A stretch of 64,000 nt of DNA from Candidatus Elarobacter sp. (lineage in GTDB: Bacteria; Vulcanimicrobiota; Vulcanimicrobiia; Vulcanimicrobiales; Vulcanimicrobiaceae), in NCBI GenBank assembly GCA_035943995.1, contig DASZBS010000021.1, positions 58,604 to 122,603 of the forward strand, in the 5' to 3' direction. Shown piece after piece: positions 18,736 through 28,473 of the stretch. Position 1 is the first letter of the stretch. Every line of letters begins with the position of its first letter. The position numbers were made by a program, and so were the translations under genes. The notes beneath the pieces were generated by a model. The model was not told where the DNA came from. It searched no databases and saw only the letters and a program-made list of their open reading frames with translations.

Positions 18736-19751
18736 CGCCGCGCGAGTTGCAGCATCGGCCGCTCGACGTACCGGTACGCGAGGAACGACACGGCGATCGC
18801 GAGCGCGTAGCCGCCGAACACGATCGCGATCCGCGCGGGCGTGCCGTGCACGTGCACGCTGTTGAGCGCAAACCCGAGCCCGCCGATCACGAGCACGTGC
18901 CACAGGTAGAGCGCGTAGCTCGCGTCGCCTTGCGCGCGCAGCCAGCGCGGCGCGAGCACGCCGTACTTCTCCAAACCGAGCGCCGCGTACACGAGCAGCG
19001 CCATCGGCGCGCCGACGGCCCACGGCCGCCACCACGCGATGGCGAGAAACTCACGCCCGGAGTACGCGGTCGCGACGCACGCCGCGACGACGAGCACGAC
19101 CGCGAGCGCGAACAGCGTGCGCGGCGCGAGGAGCGCGCCGCGCAATACGGCCGCCCCGATCAGCATCCCGAACACGAACTCCAGGTTGAACCAGCTGCCC
19201 AGCACGCGCACCCACGGGTTCTCCGGCGGCCCGAACGCGCCGATCAGCACGACGGCCAGCAGCCAAACCGCGGTGACGAGTGGAAGATACCGCCGTTGGA
19301 GACGCAGCGCGACCGCGAACACGCAGTAGAACACGAGCTCGTACGTGAGCGTCCAGCCCACGACCAGCAGCGGCTCGCCGCGCTGCGGCAGCGCGAGGAA
19401 CGACAGCAGGATGTCGGGCCGCGCGCTGCGGTGCTCGCCGGTGGCGCTCGGCGCAAGCAGGTACACGACGAGCACCAGCGCCGTGACGACGACGTACGGC
19501 GGGTAGATGCGCGTCGCGCGCCGCGCCAGAAAACGCCGCGGCGCGGACTTCTCGCCGAACCAGGTCGCGGTCGACACGAGCATCACCGTCCCGCTGATCA
19601 CGAAGAACAGATCGACGCCGTACGTGCCCAGCACGTGGAACGGCGTGGTCCAAGGCCGGCCCGGGAGATAGGTCGACTCCACCGCGTAGGCGTGAACGAC
19701 GACCACCATCAGCGCGGCGACCGCGCGGAGCGCCTGGACGTTCCCGAGCAC
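18678..19751 (-). CDS. Acyltransferase family 3 (O-antigen/peptidoglycan acetylase-like)
   Basis: QALRAVAAL.VV..H, GVDLFFVISG, RR..RIYP, WTL.YE..FY, GDASY.LYL.H; convergent with the GDSL gene. Confidence 0.9.
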   Translation of the reverse strand: MLGNVQALRAVAALMVVVVHAYAVESTYLPGRPWTTPFHVLGTYGVDLFFVISGTVMLVSTATWFGEKSAPRRFLARRATRIYPPYVVVTALVLVVYLLAPSATGEHRSARPDILLSFLALPQRGEPLLVVGWTLTYELVFYCVFAVALRLQRRYLPLVTAVWLLAVVLIGAFGPPENPWVRVLGSWFNLEFVFGMLIGAAVLRGALLAPRTLFALAVVLVVAACVATAYSGREFLAIAWWRPWAVGAPMALLVYAALGLEKYGVLAPRWLRAQGDASYALYLWHVLVIGGLGFALNSVHVHGTPARIAIVFGGYALAIAVSFLAYRYVERPMLQLARRYFESASSSTGRKAVAHTS

Positions 19752-19801
19752 ACCCGGAGGTTCGACGCGACGCACGGTGCGCCCGCGTCGTCCAATCCGC
19801 G

Positions 19802-20644
19802 ATGCGAGTGACGATCCTCGGCGCTACCGGTTTCATCGGGCGCCACCTGAGCAAGGCGCTGCGTGCGCGTGGCGACGACGTTGTGGAGGCGAGCCTGCGC
19901 GATCCCGCGGCCGCGGCGGCCGCCAGCGCAGGCAGCGACGTGGTGGTGAACCTCGCGGGCGCGCCGGTCGCAGTGCGCTGGACCGACGCCAGCAAGGCGG
20001 CGATGTGGTCGTCGCGCGTCGCTGCGACGCGCGCGTACCTCGAAGCGCTCGCCGGGGTGGACCGTCGCCCGCAAGCGTTCGTCTCCGGATCCGCGATCGG
20101 GTATTACGGCACCAGCCGCACGGCGACGTTCACGGAGTCCAGTCCGCCGGGCGACGACTTCCTCGCGAAGCTCTGCGTGGCGTGGGAAGCCGAATCGGAC
20201 CGCGCCGCGGCGCTCGGGATGCGCGTCGCGAAGCTCCGCACCGGCCTGGTGCTGGGACTCGACGGCGGCGTGCTGGGCAAGCTGCTGCCGATCTTCCGGC
20301 TGGGCGGTGGGGGCGTCATCGCGAGCGGCAAGCAGTGGTATTCCTGGATCCACATAGACGACGAAATCGGGATCGCGCTGCACGCGATCGACGGCGTGGA
20401 TGGCGTTCTGAATGCAAGCGCGCCGCAGCCGGTGACCAACGCGGAGTTCACCCACGCCTTGGGGCATGCCGTAGGCCGCCCGACGATCGTCCCGGTCCCA
20501 GGATTCGCGATGACGCTTATGCTCGGCGAGGGCGCCGCCGCCGTCACCGAAGGCCAGCGCGTGCTCCCGGAACGGACGACGGCGACGGGCTACGTCTTCC
20601 GGCATCCCGAGCTGGACGAGGCGCTGAGCTCGCTGCTGACCTGA
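19802..20644 (+). CDS. TIGR01777 family NAD-dependent epimerase-like protein
   Basis: GATGFIG, VNLAGA, SAIGYYG, DFLA.LC..WE, SWIHIDD, GQRVLP motifs. Confidence 0.9.
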   Translation: MRVTILGATGFIGRHLSKALRARGDDVVEASLRDPAAAAAASAGSDVVVNLAGAPVAVRWTDASKAAMWSSRVAATRAYLEALAGVDRRPQAFVSGSAIGYYGTSRTATFTESSPPGDDFLAKLCVAWEAESDRAAALGMRVAKLRTGLVLGLDGGVLGKLLPIFRLGGGGVIASGKQWYSWIHIDDEIGIALHAIDGVDGVLNASAPQPVTNAEFTHALGHAVGRPTIVPVPGFAMTLMLGEGAAAVTEGQRVLPERTTATGYVFRHPELDEALSSLLT

Positions 20645-20702
20645 GGGCGGTCGCCGCCGCCGCGCGCCGAGGGGCGCGGCCCGGCGCAGAGAACCGGGCG
20701 GG

Positions 20703-22352
20703 ATGGCGACGACCTTCTCCACCGAGATCGGCGGGTTGCTCCCGTCGACGATGTCCGATCAGCAGCTCTCGATCCGCGCGATCTTCGAGCACGCGATGCG
20801 CGCGCACCCGCGCAAGCAGATCGTCTCGCGCGACGGCGCCGAGCTGAAGCGCTTCACGTTCGCCGAGTTCGGCAAGCGCGTCGCGAAGCTCGCCAACGCG
20901 CTGCGCACGCTGGGCGTCAAGCCGGGCGACCGTGTCGCGACGTTCGCGTGGAACGGGCACCGCCACCTCGAGCTGTACTACGCCGTGCCGATGATCGGCG
21001 CGGTATTGCACACGGTGAACATCCGGCTGTTCCCGGACCAGGTCGCCTTCATCCTCGACCACGCGGACGACCGCTACGTGTTCTTCGACGGGTCGCTGAC
21101 GAAAGCGATCAAGGCCGCCGCCGCACTGCAGCCGGAGTCCGGCCGCACGTTCGTGCAGATGGGCGCGGCGCCCGAGGCGTTCGACGGCGCGCTCGACTAC
21201 GAGACGCTGCTCGCGGACGAGCCGGAGTCCTACGACTGGCCCGAGATCGACGAGCGCGCCGCCGCTATCCTGTGCTACACCTCGGCGACGACGGGCGATC
21301 CGAAGGGCGTGATGTTCTCGCACCGCTCGACGTTTCTGCACGCGCTCGCGAGCGGTCTCGCCGATGCGCTGGGGATCACCGAGCGCGACCGCGTGCTGCC
21401 GATCGTGCCGATGTTCCACGTCAACGCGTGGGGCACGCCGTTCGTGTGCCTGATGGTCGGCGCGGAGTTCATCATGCCGATGGAGCGCCTCGACCCCGCC
21501 GGCGTGATCGAGTTGTGCGAAGCGGAGAAGGTGACCGTGTCGGCGGGTGTGCCGACAGTGTGGATGGGCGTGCGCGACGCGCTGCGCGCGCAGAACAAGA
21601 CGCTGCCGTCGCTTACACGCGTCGTGATCGGCGGCTCGGCGATGCCGACGTCGCTGATGGACGACCTCAACGCGCTGGGCATCGATGCGATCCACGCCTG
21701 GGGCATGACCGAGATGTCGCCGATCGGCACCGTCAGTCGCGACACGTCCCTGCTGGCGAACGACCCGGAGAAGCAGCACAAGGAACGCTACAAGCAAGGC
21801 CGTTTCTCGCCGATCGTGCAGTGGCGCATCGTCGACGAGAACGGGGCCGACGTACCGCAGGACGGTAAATCGCGCGGCGAGCTGCTGGTGCGTGGTTTCG
21901 CGGTCGCGAAGTCGTACTACAACAATGAGATCGCGACCGCGACGGCGTTCGAGCGCGACGGCTGGTTCCACACCGGCGACGTGGTCACGCAGGACGAGTT
22001 CGGCTACATCGAGATCGTCGACCGCGTGAAAGACTTCATCAAGTCGGGCGGCGAGTGGATCTCGTCAGTGGAAGTCGAGAACATTCTCATGGGCCACCCG
22101 GGCCTCAAGGAAGCCTGCGTGTTCGGCATCCCGCATCCGAAGTGGCAAGAGCGCCCCGTCGCCGCGGTCGTCGCACGCGAAGGCCACGACGTCGACGAAG
22201 CTTCGGTGCACGCGTGGCTCGCGGACAAGCTGGCAAAGTGGCAGACACCGGACCGCGTCGTCTTCGTCGACACGATCCCGCGTACGGGCGTGGGCAAGTT
22301 CCTCAAACGCGACCTGCGCGAACGCTACAAGGGCATGTTCGCCACGGAGTAA
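20703..22352 (+). CDS. Long-chain fatty acid-CoA ligase (AMP-binding)
   Basis: YTSATTGDPKG, AWGMTE, TGDVV, DR.KD.IKSGGEWISS, PRTGVGK. Confidence 0.92.
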   Translation: MATTFSTEIGGLLPSTMSDQQLSIRAIFEHAMRAHPRKQIVSRDGAELKRFTFAEFGKRVAKLANALRTLGVKPGDRVATFAWNGHRHLELYYAVPMIGAVLHTVNIRLFPDQVAFILDHADDRYVFFDGSLTKAIKAAAALQPESGRTFVQMGAAPEAFDGALDYETLLADEPESYDWPEIDERAAAILCYTSATTGDPKGVMFSHRSTFLHALASGLADALGITERDRVLPIVPMFHVNAWGTPFVCLMVGAEFIMPMERLDPAGVIELCEAEKVTVSAGVPTVWMGVRDALRAQNKTLPSLTRVVIGGSAMPTSLMDDLNALGIDAIHAWGMTEMSPIGTVSRDTSLLANDPEKQHKERYKQGRFSPIVQWRIVDENGADVPQDGKSRGELLVRGFAVAKSYYNNEIATATAFERDGWFHTGDVVTQDEFGYIEIVDRVKDFIKSGGEWISSVEVENILMGHPGLKEACVFGIPHPKWQERPVAAVVAREGHDVDEASVHAWLADKLAKWQTPDRVVFVDTIPRTGVGKFLKRDLRERYKGMFATE

Positions 22353-22459
22353 GCGAGACGCCGAGACCACCCCGGCCTGTAAGGAGTGGTACGCTTTCGT
22401 ACGGAACGGGTACGCCGTACGGTATCGTACCGACCCCAACCCTTTGCACGCACGCTCGC

Positions 22460-22876
22460 GTGCTGGAAGCCAGGTCCCACCCTTTGGGCGCAACCGAGTG
22501 GTCGCTCGTCACCACCGACGCACGAGAAGCGACCCGGGCGCGAATCGCGATCCGGCAATTTCTCGCGCTGCAAGCGGACGAAGTGCAGTCCGATCTCGAC
22601 GCGGCCGAGCTCATCGTCGGCGAGCTGGTGGCAAACGTCATCCGGCACGCGCCCGGCGCCATCGGCATCAACGTCTGTTGGAAAGGGCACGAGGCCGTGC
22701 TCGTCGTCAGCGACCGCGGGCCCGGGGTCCCCGTCGTGCGCAGCCTCCCCAGCGAGGACGCGACATGCGGTCGCGGCCTTTTTTTGATCCAGGCGCTGGC
22801 GCGCGAGGTGAAGATCGACGCGGTGCCGGGGCACGGCTCCCGCGTCGTCGTCCACCTACCGGTGCACCGCCGCTAG
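22460..22876 (+). CDS. RsbW-like ATP-binding protein (HATPase_c_2)
   Basis: [29 protein letters not shown] motifs; start uncertain. Confidence 0.8.
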   Translation: MLEARSHPLGATEWSLVTTDAREATRARIAIRQFLALQADEVQSDLDAAELIVGELVANVIRHAPGAIGINVCWKGHEAVLVVSDRGPGVPVVRSLPSEDATCGRGLFLIQALAREVKIDAVPGHGSRVVVHLPVHRR

Positions 22877-24060
22877 TTGAGGTTGACCTCGAACAGGCCT
22901 GCCGCGCCCATGCCGCCGCCGACGCACATCGTGACTACGACGTATTTTGCGCCGCGGCGTTTGCCTTCGATCAGGGCGTGCATCGTCATGCGCGCGCCGC
23001 TCACGCCGTACGGGTGTCCCACCGAGATCGCGCCGCCGTCGACGTTGAGCTTCTCGTTCGGTATGCCGAGCGTGTCGCGGCAGTACACCGTTTGCACGGC
23101 GAACGCTTCGTTGAGCTCCCACAAGCCGATGTCGTCGACCGTGAGGCCGTGGCGTTTGAGCAAATCCGGCACGGCGAACACCGGGCCGATGCCCATTTCC
23201 CCCGGATCGCAGCCGCGCACGACCATGCCGCGGTAGAACCCGAGCGGGTTGATGCCGCGGTTGCGCGCCTCGTCGGCGTCCATCACGACGACTGCCGCCG
23301 CGCCGTCGCTGAGCTGCGATGAGTTGCCCGCGGTGATCGAGGAGCTCTTGTCCAGCACGCCCTTGAGCGACAGCAGCCCTTCGAGCGTCGTGTCCGGACG
23401 ATTTCCTTCGTCCTTCGCCAGCGTGACGTGCTCTTCGCGGAACGCTTTGGTCTCTTTGTCTTGCTCGTACTTCCACGTGGGCAGCGGGACGATCTCCGCG
23501 TCGAAGCGGCCCGCATCTTGCGCAGCGGCCGTGCGCTGCTGCGATTGCAGCGAGTACTCGTCCTGCGTCTCGCGCGAAATGTTGTACTTCTTCGCAACGA
23601 AGTCCGCCGTTTGCAGCATCGGCATGTAGAGGCTGGGCTCGTGGCGCAGCGCCCACTCTTCGGTGAACTCGTGCATGTTCATGTCGTTCTGCACCAGCGA
23701 GATGGACTCGACGCCCGCGGCGACCATCACCTTGGCGCCGTCGACGATCACGCGGTGCGCCGCGCTCGAGATCGCTTGCAGGCCCGACGCGCAGTAGCGG
23801 TTGATCGTCGTGCCGGCGACCGCGCGCGGCAGCCCGGCGCGCAGCGCGGCGACGCGGCCGATGTTATGGCCCGTCGCGCCTTCCGGCAGACCGGTGCCGA
23901 CGACGACGTCCTCGACTTCAGCCGGATCGATGCCGGCACGCTGGATTGCGTGCGAGATGACGTGGCCCGCCATCGTCGCGCCGTGGGTTTGATTGAACGC
24001 GCCGCGGAACGCCTTGCCGATCGGCGTGCGCGCGGCTGAGACGATCGCCGCCTCAGACAT
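22873..24060 (-). CDS. Acetyl-CoA C-acyltransferase (thiolase)
   Basis: [28 protein letters not shown] motifs. Confidence 0.95.
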   Translation of the reverse strand: MSEAAIVSAARTPIGKAFRGAFNQTHGATMAGHVISHAIQRAGIDPAEVEDVVVGTGLPEGATGHNIGRVAALRAGLPRAVAGTTINRYCASGLQAISSAAHRVIVDGAKVMVAAGVESISLVQNDMNMHEFTEEWALRHEPSLYMPMLQTADFVAKKYNISRETQDEYSLQSQQRTAAAQDAGRFDAEIVPLPTWKYEQDKETKAFREEHVTLAKDEGNRPDTTLEGLLSLKGVLDKSSSITAGNSSQLSDGAAAVVVMDADEARNRGINPLGFYRGMVVRGCDPGEMGIGPVFAVPDLLKRHGLTVDDIGLWELNEAFAVQTVYCRDTLGIPNEKLNVDGGAISVGHPYGVSGARMTMHALIEGKRRGAKYVVVTMCVGGGMGAAGLFEVNLN

Positions 24061-26110
24061 GGGTCAACTCCTTGGTTTCCGTTTGATTCGTGGTGCCTTT
24101 GGGCGTGTAGCGGGTCTCGACGGCGTAGTGCATCGGGCCGCCGTGGTGCGGCGGGAAGCCGTAGCCGTAGATCCAGACGATGTCGACGTCGCCGGGCCGC
24201 AGCGCGACGCCGGTGCGCAGCAGCTCCGCGCCGCTGTCGGCGAGCGCACGCGTGCAGCGCGCGATGATCTCTTCATCCGAGACGTTCGGGTTCTGCGGGA
24301 TGCCCGCGTCCTTCGCGAGCTGCGCGATGAGCTGCTCGACCTCGGGATCGCGGATCGCTTCGCGGCCTTTGCCCACCGCCTTGTCGTACTTGAAGAATCC
24401 GGCGCCCGACTTCTGACCGAGGCGGCCTTGCTCGACGAGCTTCGCGATGATCGGGATGCGGCCGAGCGGCGTGCCGTGCTCGGACTGCGAGATGAAGTTG
24501 TAGACGTCGAGCCCCGACAGGTCGGCGACCGCGAACGGTCCCATCGCGAAGCCGAACTTCTTCTTCATCACGTCGTCGATGCGGGCCGGGCTCACGCCCT
24601 CTTCCGCCAGCTGCACCGCCTGCGCTTCGTATTCGAACAGCATGCGGTTGCCGATGAAGCCGAACGCGTTTCCGGACACGACCGCGACCTTGCGCAGCTT
24701 CTTGCCCAGCGCGATGCCGGTGGTGAGCGTCTCCGGCGAGGTTTCCTTGCCGCGCACGATCTCCAGCAGCTTCATGATGTTGGCCGGCGCGAAGAAATGC
24801 AGCCCGAGCACCTTGTCGGGCCGCTTCGTCGCCGACGCGATCTCGTCGATGTCGAGCGTCGAGGTGTTCGACGCGAGGATCGCGTCGGGCTTGGTGATCG
24901 CGTCGAGCTTCGCGAAGATCTCTTTCTTCACGGGCATCGACTCGAACGCCGCTTCCACGACGATGTCGACGTCCTTGAGCGCAGCGTAGTCGGTCTCGAA
25001 CGCGATCGAGTTGGCGCGCTTCCACGCGTCTTCTTGCGTGAGACGGCCCTTCTGGACCTGATACGTGAACATCCCGAACACGGTCTCACGCGCCTTCTCG
25101 ACCGCTTCTTCCTTGGTCTCGACGACGGTGACGGGGATGCCGGCTTCCGCGAACACGATCGCGATGCCGGTGCCCATCGTGCCGGCGCCGATGACGCCCG
25201 CGGTCTTGATCTCGCGCGGCGCGGTCTTCGGCAGCCCGGGGACTTTCGACAGCTCGCGCTCGGCGAAGAACACGTGGCGCAGCGCCGCGGACGGCGCCGA
25301 TTGCACGAGCTCCATGAAGAGCCGCTCCTCGCGCGCGATCCCGCGCTCGAACGGCAGCTCGATCGCCGCCGCGACGGCGTCGATCAGCTTGTGCGCGGCG
25401 AACCCGCCGTTGTCTTCGGGCGGCACCATCATGTGCGCTTGCGCGACCACGAACGGCGTCGCGAACAGGCTCAGGCCCTTGACGCCCAGCTCTGCCTTGC
25501 GCTCGGAGATGCGGCGCTTCGGCTTGCCGGCGAACTTCTTCGCGGCTTCGATGACGTCGCCGGCGACGACCTCGTCGAGGATGCCCTTCGCCAGCGCGTC
25601 GGCCGCCTTGACGTTGTCGCCCTTGAGCATGATCTGCAGCGCGTCGTTCGCGCCGACTAGGCGCGGCAAACGCTGCGTGCCGCCGGCGCCCGGCAGCAAG
25701 CCCAGCTTGATCTCCGGCAGCCCGACGCGCGAGCTCGCCGTCGCAACACGGTAGTCGCACGCCAGCGACAGCTCGAAGCCGCCGCCCTGCGCGTTCCCGT
25801 CGATCGCCGCGACGTACGTTTTCGAGCCCTTGTCGATCGCGGCGATCACGTCGCGGATCGTGCGCGTCTCGGGCGTCGGCTGCGTCGAGAAGTCGTTGAT
25901 GTCTGCGCCGCCGCTGAACAGGCCGTTCGCGCCGGTGAAGATCACGGTGGTGACGCTCGGGTCGGCTTCCGCCGCCTGGACGAGCGGCAGCAGCTCCGCC
26001 GAGAGCGCGAACGAGAGCGCGTTGACGGGCGGGTTGTCGAGCGTGATGAGCCGGACCCCGTCGCCGAGGTCCGTGGTCTTCACGCGTTGAGTCGTGTCGG
26101 TGTTGCTCAT
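24053..26110 (-). CDS. Bifunctional enoyl-CoA hydratase/3-hydroxyacyl-CoA dehydrogenase
   Basis: [52 protein letters not shown]; ATG at 26110. Confidence 0.94.
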   Translation of the reverse strand: MSNTDTTQRVKTTDLGDGVRLITLDNPPVNALSFALSAELLPLVQAAEADPSVTTVIFTGANGLFSGGADINDFSTQPTPETRTIRDVIAAIDKGSKTYVAAIDGNAQGGGFELSLACDYRVATASSRVGLPEIKLGLLPGAGGTQRLPRLVGANDALQIMLKGDNVKAADALAKGILDEVVAGDVIEAAKKFAGKPKRRISERKAELGVKGLSLFATPFVVAQAHMMVPPEDNGGFAAHKLIDAVAAAIELPFERGIAREERLFMELVQSAPSAALRHVFFAERELSKVPGLPKTAPREIKTAGVIGAGTMGTGIAIVFAEAGIPVTVVETKEEAVEKARETVFGMFTYQVQKGRLTQEDAWKRANSIAFETDYAALKDVDIVVEAAFESMPVKKEIFAKLDAITKPDAILASNTSTLDIDEIASATKRPDKVLGLHFFAPANIMKLLEIVRGKETSPETLTTGIALGKKLRKVAVVSGNAFGFIGNRMLFEYEAQAVQLAEEGVSPARIDDVMKKKFGFAMGPFAVADLSGLDVYNFISQSEHGTPLGRIPIIAKLVEQGRLGQKSGAGFFKYDKAVGKGREAIRDPEVEQLIAQLAKDAGIPQNPNVSDEEIIARCTRALADSGAELLRTGVALRPGDVDIVWIYGYGFPPHHGGPMHYAVETRYTPKGTTNQTETKELTHV

Positions 26111-26124
26111 GTGGCTTTCTATGT

Positions 26125-27945
26125 TTACGCGGTGACGAGCGCGCGGCGCTCGACGTCGAACATGTCGTCGCTGCCGGCCATCACGTCGCCCGAGCCCTCC
26201 ACGATCTGCTTCTGCAGCCACGCGGACTGCGAGAGCACGTTGTGGGCGTAGAACGTCGCGGTGTCGATTTTCGCCGTGTAGAACGGGTCGGCATCGCCCG
26301 CGGCGAGCTTCTCGGCCGCGACCTTCGCACCGCGGAACAGCTGCCAGCCGCCCGCGACGATCCCGAAGAAGTTCATGAACGGCACGGAGTTGGCGAACGC
26401 TTTGCGCGTGTCGCCCATCGCGGACATCCCGATGAACTGCGCCGTGTCGCCCAGCGCCTTCGTCGCTTCCGCAAGCGGCTGCGCGAGCGCCTTGACCTGC
26501 GCGTTGTCGGACGCTTCGAGCTCCTTCGCGAACTTGCCGATCTGCTTGAGGACCTTGGTCGCGCTCGCACCCATGTCGCGCACGAGCTTGCGGCCGACGA
26601 GGTCGAGTGCCTGGATGCCGGTGGTGCCTTCGTAGATCGTCGTGATGCGCACGTCGCGGTACTGCTGCGCGATCCCGGTCTCCTCGACGTAGCCCATACC
26701 GCCGAACACTTGCAGCGCCGTCGAGCACACGTCGATCGCGCGCTCGGTGAGCCAGCCCTTGACGATCGGGATCATCAGCTCGACGAACGCCTGGTGCTCC
26801 TTGCGCATCGCGGGGTCTTCCGATTTATGCGCGTAGTCGAGCGACGCCGCGGTGACGTAGGCCAGCGCGCGCATCGCCTCGATGTTCGCCTTGCACCACA
26901 GCAGCATGCGCCGCACGTCGGGGTGCTTGATGATCGCGACCGGCTGCGGATCGCGCGATGCGACATCGCGGAACTGGATGCGCTCCTTGGCGTACTCGAC
27001 CGCATGCTGATACGCACGGTCGGCGATCGCGAGGCCCTGCACGCCGACGGAGAACCGCGCGGCGTTCATCATCACGAACATGTACTCCAGGCCGCGGTTC
27101 GCCTCGCCGACCAGATAACCGATCGCGCCTTCGCCGTTCTCACCGTAGTTGAGCGTGCACGTCGGGTTCGCGTTGATGCCGAGCTTGTGCTCGATCCCCG
27201 CGCACTTCACGTCGTTGCGGTCGCCCAGCGAACCGTCCGCGTTCACCAGCACCTTCGGCACGATGAACATCGAGATGCCCTTGGTGCCCAGCGGCGCGTC
27301 CGGCAACCGCGCGAGCACGAGGTGGATGATGTTCGGCGCCATGTCGTGCTCGCCGAACGTGATGAAGATCTTCTGACCCTTGACGCGGTAGTGGTCGCCC
27401 TCGGGCGCCGCCGTCGCGCGCACTTGCGCGAGATCCGAGCCGGCCTGCGGTTCGGTGAGGCACATCGTGCCCGTCCACTCGCCGCTCACGAGCTTCGGGA
27501 TGAACGTCTTCTTGTGCTCGTCCGACGCGAACTGCTCGATCGCTTCGATCGCGCCCTGGTTGAGCAGCGGACCGTTCGCGAAGCCCATGTTCGCCGCGTT
27601 CCACATCTCGAGCGTCGGCCCGAGCATGATCTGCGGCAGACCTTGGCCGCCGTACTCCGCCTGCACCGGCAAACCGATCCAGCCCGCGTTCGCGAACTGG
27701 TGGTACGCCTCTTTGAAACCCTTGGGCGTCGTGACGACGCCGTCGTTCCACGTGCAGCCTTCCTGGTCGCCGCTTTGGTTCAGCGGCGCGAGCACTTCCG
27801 ATGCGAACGTGGACGCTTCTTCGAGGATCGCGTCGAGCACGTCGGTGGTGTCTTCGTAGCCGGGAAGCTTCGCGATCTCCTCGACGCCGGCGAGCTCGCG
27901 CAGGACGAACTGCATGTCGCGCAACGGCGCGCGGTAGGTGCTCAT
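26125..27945 (-). CDS. Acyl-CoA dehydrogenase
   Basis: MCLTEPQAGSDL, KIFITFGEHD, EHKLGI, IYEGTTGIQALDL motifs. Confidence 0.95.
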   Translation of the reverse strand: MSTYRAPLRDMQFVLRELAGVEEIAKLPGYEDTTDVLDAILEEASTFASEVLAPLNQSGDQEGCTWNDGVVTTPKGFKEAYHQFANAGWIGLPVQAEYGGQGLPQIMLGPTLEMWNAANMGFANGPLLNQGAIEAIEQFASDEHKKTFIPKLVSGEWTGTMCLTEPQAGSDLAQVRATAAPEGDHYRVKGQKIFITFGEHDMAPNIIHLVLARLPDAPLGTKGISMFIVPKVLVNADGSLGDRNDVKCAGIEHKLGINANPTCTLNYGENGEGAIGYLVGEANRGLEYMFVMMNAARFSVGVQGLAIADRAYQHAVEYAKERIQFRDVASRDPQPVAIIKHPDVRRMLLWCKANIEAMRALAYVTAASLDYAHKSEDPAMRKEHQAFVELMIPIVKGWLTERAIDVCSTALQVFGGMGYVEETGIAQQYRDVRITTIYEGTTGIQALDLVGRKLVRDMGASATKVLKQIGKFAKELEASDNAQVKALAQPLAEATKALGDTAQFIGMSAMGDTRKAFANSVPFMNFFGIVAGGWQLFRGAKVAAEKLAAGDADPFYTAKIDTATFYAHNVLSQSAWLQKQIVEGSGDVMAGSDDMFDVERRALVTA

Positions 27946-28388
27946 GAGGTCTCTCCGTACAGGTCGCGGCGAAGCACTTGCAGCGCCGCGATGAGATTGG
28001 TGAGGTAGGGCTTGAAGTTGGCTTTGATGCGCTCGAGCCGCTCGTCGCCGGTGGGGGTGATGCGATACAGCGTCGTGCCGCGCTTGGTGGACGCGTCGGC
28101 CTCGCCGCGGATGAACCCGCGCTCCTCGAGCCGCCGCAGAAGCGGATAGATCGTGTTGGGGTTAACCGGGAAGATGCCGCCGAGGGTGGCGATCCGTTGC
28201 ATCAATCCGTAGCCGCTGTCGGGCTGGGCGTGCAGCATCTGGAGGACCAGGGCTGGAAAGACGGTCTTCGTCTTGACCTCCCCGGTGAAGACGCGGTCGC
28301 CCCACAGCTCGGTGGGGAAGTCGGACGCATGGTCCGCCGACCCGGGGTCGTCGGACGCAAGGGCGGCTGCCCTTGACCGCGTTGCCAT
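27942..28388 (-). CDS. PadR family transcriptional regulator (first gene of the beta-oxidation operon)
   Basis: GYGLM..I, N.IYPLLRRLEERGFI, YRITP.G motifs. Confidence 0.85.
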   Translation of the reverse strand: MATRSRAAALASDDPGSADHASDFPTELWGDRVFTGEVKTKTVFPALVLQMLHAQPDSGYGLMQRIATLGGIFPVNPNTIYPLLRRLEERGFIRGEADASTKRGTTLYRITPTGDERLERIKANFKPYLTNLIAALQVLRRDLYGETS

Positions 28389-28423
28389 ATGTTATTTATA
28401 ATAGGTTCGAGTTAACCCGTCAA
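28373..28423. promoter_or_regulatory. Overlapping divergent sigma70-type promoters
   Basis: Plus strand TTGACC(28373-78)-N18-TATAAT(28397-402); minus strand TTGACG(28423-18)-N17-TATAAA(28400-395), 6 nt before the padR ATG. Confidence 0.7.
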
Positions 28424-28473
28424 GGCACTCCGCGTCTTTCTCATGTCCGCCCGCCTCGGGAAGGTCCCAGTCG

